In this document: piece after piece, positions 59,839-64,000 of the stretch
Position numbering within the stretch: the stretch's first letter is position 1
How the letters are laid out: every line of letters begins with the position of its first letter
NCBI GenBank assembly: GCA_041689615.1
Contig: JBDNFW010000033.1
Coordinates: forward strand, 258,520 to 322,519
Reading direction: 5' to 3'
DNA length: 64,000 nt
Source of the DNA: Gammaproteobacteria bacterium
GTDB lineage: Bacteria > Pseudomonadota > Gammaproteobacteria > Eutrophobiales > Eutrophobiaceae
Translations under genes and position numbers: made by a program
The notes under the pieces: generated by a model
Told to the model about the DNA's origin: nothing
Database searches by the model: none
What the model saw: only the letters and a program-made list of their open reading frames with translations

Positions 59839-60954
59839 TTAATCAAACCAGGGCGGTACATCTGCTACGACCATTGCTGACACCACAACTAACCAGACTA
59901 TGGTTAAAGGAATAAATACTTTCCAGCCTAAACGCATGATTTGATCATAACGGTATCGCGGGAAAGTAGCTCTGAACCATAAAAATAAAAACATGAAAAA
60001 GGATGTCTTAGCTAACAACCAAAGTATTGGTGGCACCCATGCAAACAAATCTTCGAGAACAGGTATTCCCTGAACGGGCGATAACCAACCACCACAAAAT
60101 AGTATTGCTGATAATATAGCAATCAAAATCATATTGGCGTATTCCGCCATAAAAAAGACCGAGAATGCCATGCCACCGTATTCAACGTGAAACCCAGCAA
60201 CGATTTCAGATTCACCTTCGGCAACATCGAACGGGGCTCGGTTTGTTTCAGCGAGACCTGAAATAAAGTAAATAACAAATAAAGGAAACAAAGGTAGCCA
60301 GTACCAGTGAATAACACTGCCCGCTTGAGAATCAACAATGTCGCCCAGATTCAAACTACCGGCGGCAACCAAAACGCCAACCAAGGCAAAGCCCATGGCA
60401 ATTTCATAAGACACAATTTGAGCAGCCGATCGCATAGCACCTAAAAATGCATATTTTGAATTCGATGCCCAACCGGCAATGATGACGCCGTAAACCGCCA
60501 ACGATGTCAGCGCTAATACATATAATAAACCAGCATTAATATCAGCTAGAACTTTCGTGTCATCAAAAGGAATTACGGCCCATGCTGCAACTGAAGGTGC
60601 TAAAGATAATATCGGCGCGATAACAAATAAGGAACGATTTGATCCTGTTGGAATAACAATTTCTTTAAACATTAATTTGACTGCATCCGCGATAGGTTGA
60701 CCAAGACCCCACAAACTAAAACCAAAGAAGCCAACCCGGTTTGGTCCAATACGACCTTGAATATAACCAATCACCTTGCGTTCGGCATAAGTAAAATACG
60801 CAACCGTTATCAATACAGGAACTAATATAGATAGAATTTTTATGATTGTTTGCAATACAGTCAGCGCTTGAGCTTGATAATCAATCGGAACAATCAGTGT
60901 GGTTATAGGTAACAACACATGTTGACTGATAAATTGGTAGAGTATATCCAACAT
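59839..60954 (-). CDS. nuoH: NADH-quinone oxidoreductase subunit H
   Basis: 371 aa. [19 protein letters not shown] motif. Confidence 0.9.
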   Translation of the reverse strand: MLDILYQFISQHVLLPITTLIVPIDYQAQALTVLQTIIKILSILVPVLITVAYFTYAERKVIGYIQGRIGPNRVGFFGFSLWGLGQPIADAVKLMFKEIVIPTGSNRSLFVIAPILSLAPSVAAWAVIPFDDTKVLADINAGLLYVLALTSLAVYGVIIAGWASNSKYAFLGAMRSAAQIVSYEIAMGFALVGVLVAAGSLNLGDIVDSQAGSVIHWYWLPLFPLFVIYFISGLAETNRAPFDVAEGESEIVAGFHVEYGGMAFSVFFMAEYANMILIAILSAILFCGGWLSPVQGIPVLEDLFAWVPPILWLLAKTSFFMFLFLWFRATFPRYRYDQIMRLGWKVFIPLTIVWLVVVSAMVVADVPPWFD

Positions 60955-63335
60955 TAGCTCTTCGCAATCCTTATAGCACCAAATGATGCGCCCAGATTTA
61001 TTTGATCAGGATGTGCCGAATGAATTAATACACAATCATCTGCTACACGCTCATCAATAATCACTTTCAAAATAACACTACTTTCATCCTGCTCAACTTT
61101 TGCATTGTCATCGTTAGCTAATTTATGCTTCGCTGCTAACACAGAGTTAATATGAATTGCGCCATCAGAAACATCTTTTGTTTTTTGTAGGGAAACTGCT
61201 CGGCGGCTTATCGAATCAATCATATTCATCGGTGTTTCAGTAATTCGCTGCACACCATTAGAACTGGTGTTTATTGAAACTAATACTTTCCATTTTTCCG
61301 AATTATCACCTTTGATATCACCTGTCTCTTTCATTACTTCATCAAGTACATCAGTTGAAGACTGATAGTCAAATCCATCAAGCTCAAAATAATTACCTAA
61401 CACTCTTAATACTTTCCAGGCGGGTCTTGCTTCAGATAAAGGAGCAACAACGCCAGCAAAACTCTGGCTAGTTCCTTCATTATTAATATAAGTGCCGGAC
61501 GTTTCAGTAAACACAGAGATTGGTAATAGGACATCTGCATATTCGTTCATTTCATCACTGCGGAACGACGTTAAAGAAACAACAAAATCAGCATTCTTCA
61601 TTGCTTCACGAGCTAAACGACTGTCATAACAATCCAGTTCAGGTTCAACACCCATTAATACATAAGCTTTTAATTTTTCTTGCAGCATTTCCAGTGTATT
61701 CATGCCTGCATTTGTTTGTTGTTTAACTCCCGCTAAACGATGAGGCACTGCACCTGCTAACCATGCGCCGGATGTATTTGCATTCTCTGATAAATAACCC
61801 AGTTTTGAATTACTTAATTTAGTAATCCATCCAGCAAGTGAGCGTAGTATTGAAAACTGTGGATGCGCCATTGCCAGATTACCTAACATGACAATCGCAT
61901 TGTCCGCATTAACAAGATTAGCTGCTATGGTTTTATGAACGTCATTAACAACTGCTTTATCAACACTCTGTTTTACCAGTAGATCTACATCCTTATCAGA
62001 AGACTCAACAAGCGCTTTCAATATAGAAGCTAACTCCATCGCCATCATGTCAGGAGCAACAATACTTTTTGCTGCCACTGGAAAATTAAAATCGTAATCA
62101 ACCGGATTCAAGGCCATAACTGTTGCGCCATGTAATACTGCTTTACGAATTCGATGATTAATAATCGGTTGATCTTTTCGGACATTACTACCTATGAGCA
62201 ATACTGATTGCAAGGTATCAAACTCAGCAATACTTTGACCTAAATAAGGAAAGCTTGGCGCAGTATCTTGATCTGAAAAATCAGATTGCTTTAAACGGCT
62301 ATCGATATTGCTTGAACCAATACCACGTATGAATTTTTGTAACAGGTATAATTCTTCGAGTGTCGATGACGCAGAAGCAATCGCACCTATTTGGTTTGAC
62401 TCTTCTGAATCAATAAGCACTTTCAAACTATTTTTAACAACATCCAATGCTGTTTCCCAATCTACTTCATGCCATGTTCCCTTTTCTTTAACCATTGGCA
62501 TTTGTAATCGGTCGTCACTATAAACCGCTTCATAACTAAAACGATCACGATCGGATAACCATACTTCATTAATAGCTTCATTGTTTGCCGGAACAACACG
62601 TTTAACCTGATTGCCTTTTACGTGAACATGAATATTTGAACCGACAGAATCATGCGGAGCAATAGCATCTTTTTGTACTAGCTCCCATGTTCTTGCAGAA
62701 TAACGGAAAGGCTTGGAAGTTAATGCACCAACAGGACAGAGATCAATAATATTGCCTGACATTTCAGAACTGACACTTTTTTCAATGTAGGTTCCGATTT
62801 GCATGTTCTCGCCACGACCGGTTGCACCCATTTCTCGTAGACCAGCGATTTCTTCACCAAAACGAACACAGCGCGTGCAATGAATACAACGTGTTAAATC
62901 TGTCTGGATTAATGGACCAATATTTTTATCTTCAACTACACGTTTCTTTTCTTGATAACGTGATACATCCTGACCATAGCCCATGGCCAAATCCTGTAAT
63001 TCACATTCACCACCCTGATCACAAATAGGACAATCTAAAGGATGGTTAATCAGTAAAAATTCCATAACTGATTTTTGTGCATTAATAGCTGCTTTAGATC
63101 GGGTTTTAACTTTCATCCCTTCCATAACTGGCGTTGCACAAGCCGGTAACACTTTTGGTGCTTTTTCAACTTCAACCAAACACATTCTGCAACTTGCAGC
63201 GATAGTTAATTTGTTGTGATAACAAAAGCGAGGCACATAGATATCATTGGCATCCGTTACCTCAATCAGCATTTGTCCCTTATTAGCTGTTAAGGTTTGG
63301 CCATCAACTTCAATTGTTATTTTATCTTCTGACAT
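60954..63335 (-). CDS. nuoG: NADH-quinone oxidoreductase subunit G
   Basis: 793 aa. N-terminal 2Fe-2S and 4Fe-4S cysteine clusters. Confidence 0.9.
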   Translation of the reverse strand: MSEDKITIEVDGQTLTANKGQMLIEVTDANDIYVPRFCYHNKLTIAASCRMCLVEVEKAPKVLPACATPVMEGMKVKTRSKAAINAQKSVMEFLLINHPLDCPICDQGGECELQDLAMGYGQDVSRYQEKKRVVEDKNIGPLIQTDLTRCIHCTRCVRFGEEIAGLREMGATGRGENMQIGTYIEKSVSSEMSGNIIDLCPVGALTSKPFRYSARTWELVQKDAIAPHDSVGSNIHVHVKGNQVKRVVPANNEAINEVWLSDRDRFSYEAVYSDDRLQMPMVKEKGTWHEVDWETALDVVKNSLKVLIDSEESNQIGAIASASSTLEELYLLQKFIRGIGSSNIDSRLKQSDFSDQDTAPSFPYLGQSIAEFDTLQSVLLIGSNVRKDQPIINHRIRKAVLHGATVMALNPVDYDFNFPVAAKSIVAPDMMAMELASILKALVESSDKDVDLLVKQSVDKAVVNDVHKTIAANLVNADNAIVMLGNLAMAHPQFSILRSLAGWITKLSNSKLGYLSENANTSGAWLAGAVPHRLAGVKQQTNAGMNTLEMLQEKLKAYVLMGVEPELDCYDSRLAREAMKNADFVVSLTSFRSDEMNEYADVLLPISVFTETSGTYINNEGTSQSFAGVVAPLSEARPAWKVLRVLGNYFELDGFDYQSSTDVLDEVMKETGDIKGDNSEKWKVLVSINTSSNGVQRITETPMNMIDSISRRAVSLQKTKDVSDGAIHINSVLAAKHKLANDDNAKVEQDESSVILKVIIDERVADDCVLIHSAHPDQINLGASFGAIRIAKS

Positions 63336-63352
63336 AATTTTTTATTCATATC

Positions 63353-64000
63353 TCAAGCCGCTTCATCGTCTTTAGATTTACTCGTATCCACCATGCAACG
63401 CTTATGGTCGATGTGATACTGAAATTCATCTCTGAATTGCTTAACGAAACTTCTTACTGGCCACGCTGCTGCATCACCAAAAGCACAAATCGTACGTCCT
63501 TCAATCTTGCTGGCAACATCATCAAGCTTATCCAAGTCACCTTGCTCACCTTTGCCTTCTTCAATGCGTTTTACAACACGATACAACCAACCGGTGCCTT
63601 CGCGACAAGGCGTACATTGACCACAAGATTCGGAATAATAAAAACGTGAAAGACGTTCTAAAGCTTTAACCATACAAGTTGTATCATCCATTACGATAAC
63701 AGCACCAGAACCTAACATTGAACCGGATTTAGAAACGGAATCGTAATCCAGATTTGTTTCCAACATCACATCACCATGTACAACCGGCATAGAACAGCCA
63801 CCCGGAATAACCGCTTTCAAACCGCGACCATTACGTACACCACCGGCCATCTCAAGCAATTTTGAAAAAGGTGTTCCTAAAGGTATTTCAAAGTTACCGG
63901 GATTGTTAACGTGTCCGCTAACAGAAAAACATTTCATGCCACCACTGTTCGGCACACCTTTATCAGCAAACCAGGTTCCACCATTTTTAAGTATGCTAGG
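63353..64000 (-). CDS. nuoF: NADH-quinone oxidoreductase subunit F, C-terminal part (the 5' end is beyond the window)
   Basis: 4Fe-4S motif ESCGQCTPCREGTGW. The open frame runs to the window edge. Confidence 0.85.
   Translation of the reverse strand, partial: PSILKNGGTWFADKGVPNSGGMKCFSVSGHVNNPGNFEIPLGTPFSKLLEMAGGVRNGRGLKAVIPGGCSMPVVHGDVMLETNLDYDSVSKSGSMLGSGAVIVMDDTTCMVKALERLSRFYYSESCGQCTPCREGTGWLYRVVKRIEEGKGEQGDLDKLDDVASKIEGRTICAFGDAAAWPVRSFVKQFRDEFQYHIDHKRCMVDTSKSKDDEAA

Noticed and set aside
63353-63955. ORF-track start of nuoF at an internal Met
   Set aside because: The reading frame stays open to the window edge and nuoF proteins are about 430 aa, so the gene is truncated by the window rather than starting at 63955.
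1-64000. Search for tRNA, rRNA, CRISPR arrays, integrases or transposases
   Set aside because: No cloverleaf-like GC-rich 75-90 bp islands, rRNA-like segments, repeat-spacer arrays or recombinase ORFs were recognised. Apart from the short repeat elements the window is chromosomal backbone.

Overview
This looks like an AT-rich gammaproteobacterial chromosomal segment, almost entirely coding, organised as five functional blocks and carrying several unusual features.

(1) Positions 1-18817, minus strand: an olefin/PUFA supercluster. The gene order is pfaD (enoyl reductase), then pfaA (KS-MAT-4xACP-KR-DH), then a fused pfaB/C-type gene (KS-CLF-AT-DH-DH), followed directly by oleA, oleB and a 3'-truncated oleC.

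(2) Positions 19108-27371, plus strand: a divergent hopanoid operon. It contains a single eukaryote-type squalene synthase, squalene-hopene cyclase, hpnG, an embedded PhyH-family Fe/2OG dioxygenase, the RND transporter hpnN, and hpnA.

(3) Positions 27623-34558, minus strand: a non-canonical reduced Mrp-like set of three MnhD/NuoN-family genes, one MnhC/NuoK-like gene and a small membrane protein, plus a separately terminated NhaD-like transporter.

(4) Positions 34644-48932, minus strand: a 13-gene accessory chemosensory operon with this gene order:
- cheY, cheA, cheW;
- a stand-alone Vgb-type globin;
- a soluble globin-4xPAS MCP;
- a ParA-like ATPase and a STAS protein;
- cheR, cheD, cheB;
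- a membrane-anchored MCP.
It ends in a SypE/RsbUW-like partner-switching pair: a REC-PP2C-HATPase protein and a STAS protein.

(5) Positions 49322-64000: sco1, a PCuAC copper chaperone and psd on the plus strand, followed by a small variable spot and a convergent nuoN-to-nuoF complex I operon. The variable spot holds a DUF454 gene, a chimeric scar made of nuoN-3' and psd-3' fragments, and higBA.

Superimposed on these blocks is a family of short intercistronic repeat elements, with four insertions inside operons at pfaD/pfaA, mnhC/mnhD, sco1/pcuAC and nuoK/nuoL. The first three share sequence; the nuoK/nuoL copy has its own terminal inverted repeats. Each is flanked by inverted repeats; those at the first three loci differ in sequence between loci and contain the downstream gene's RBS. 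No rRNA, tRNA or CRISPR was seen. All calls are by-eye motif and architecture recognition; no database searches were run.
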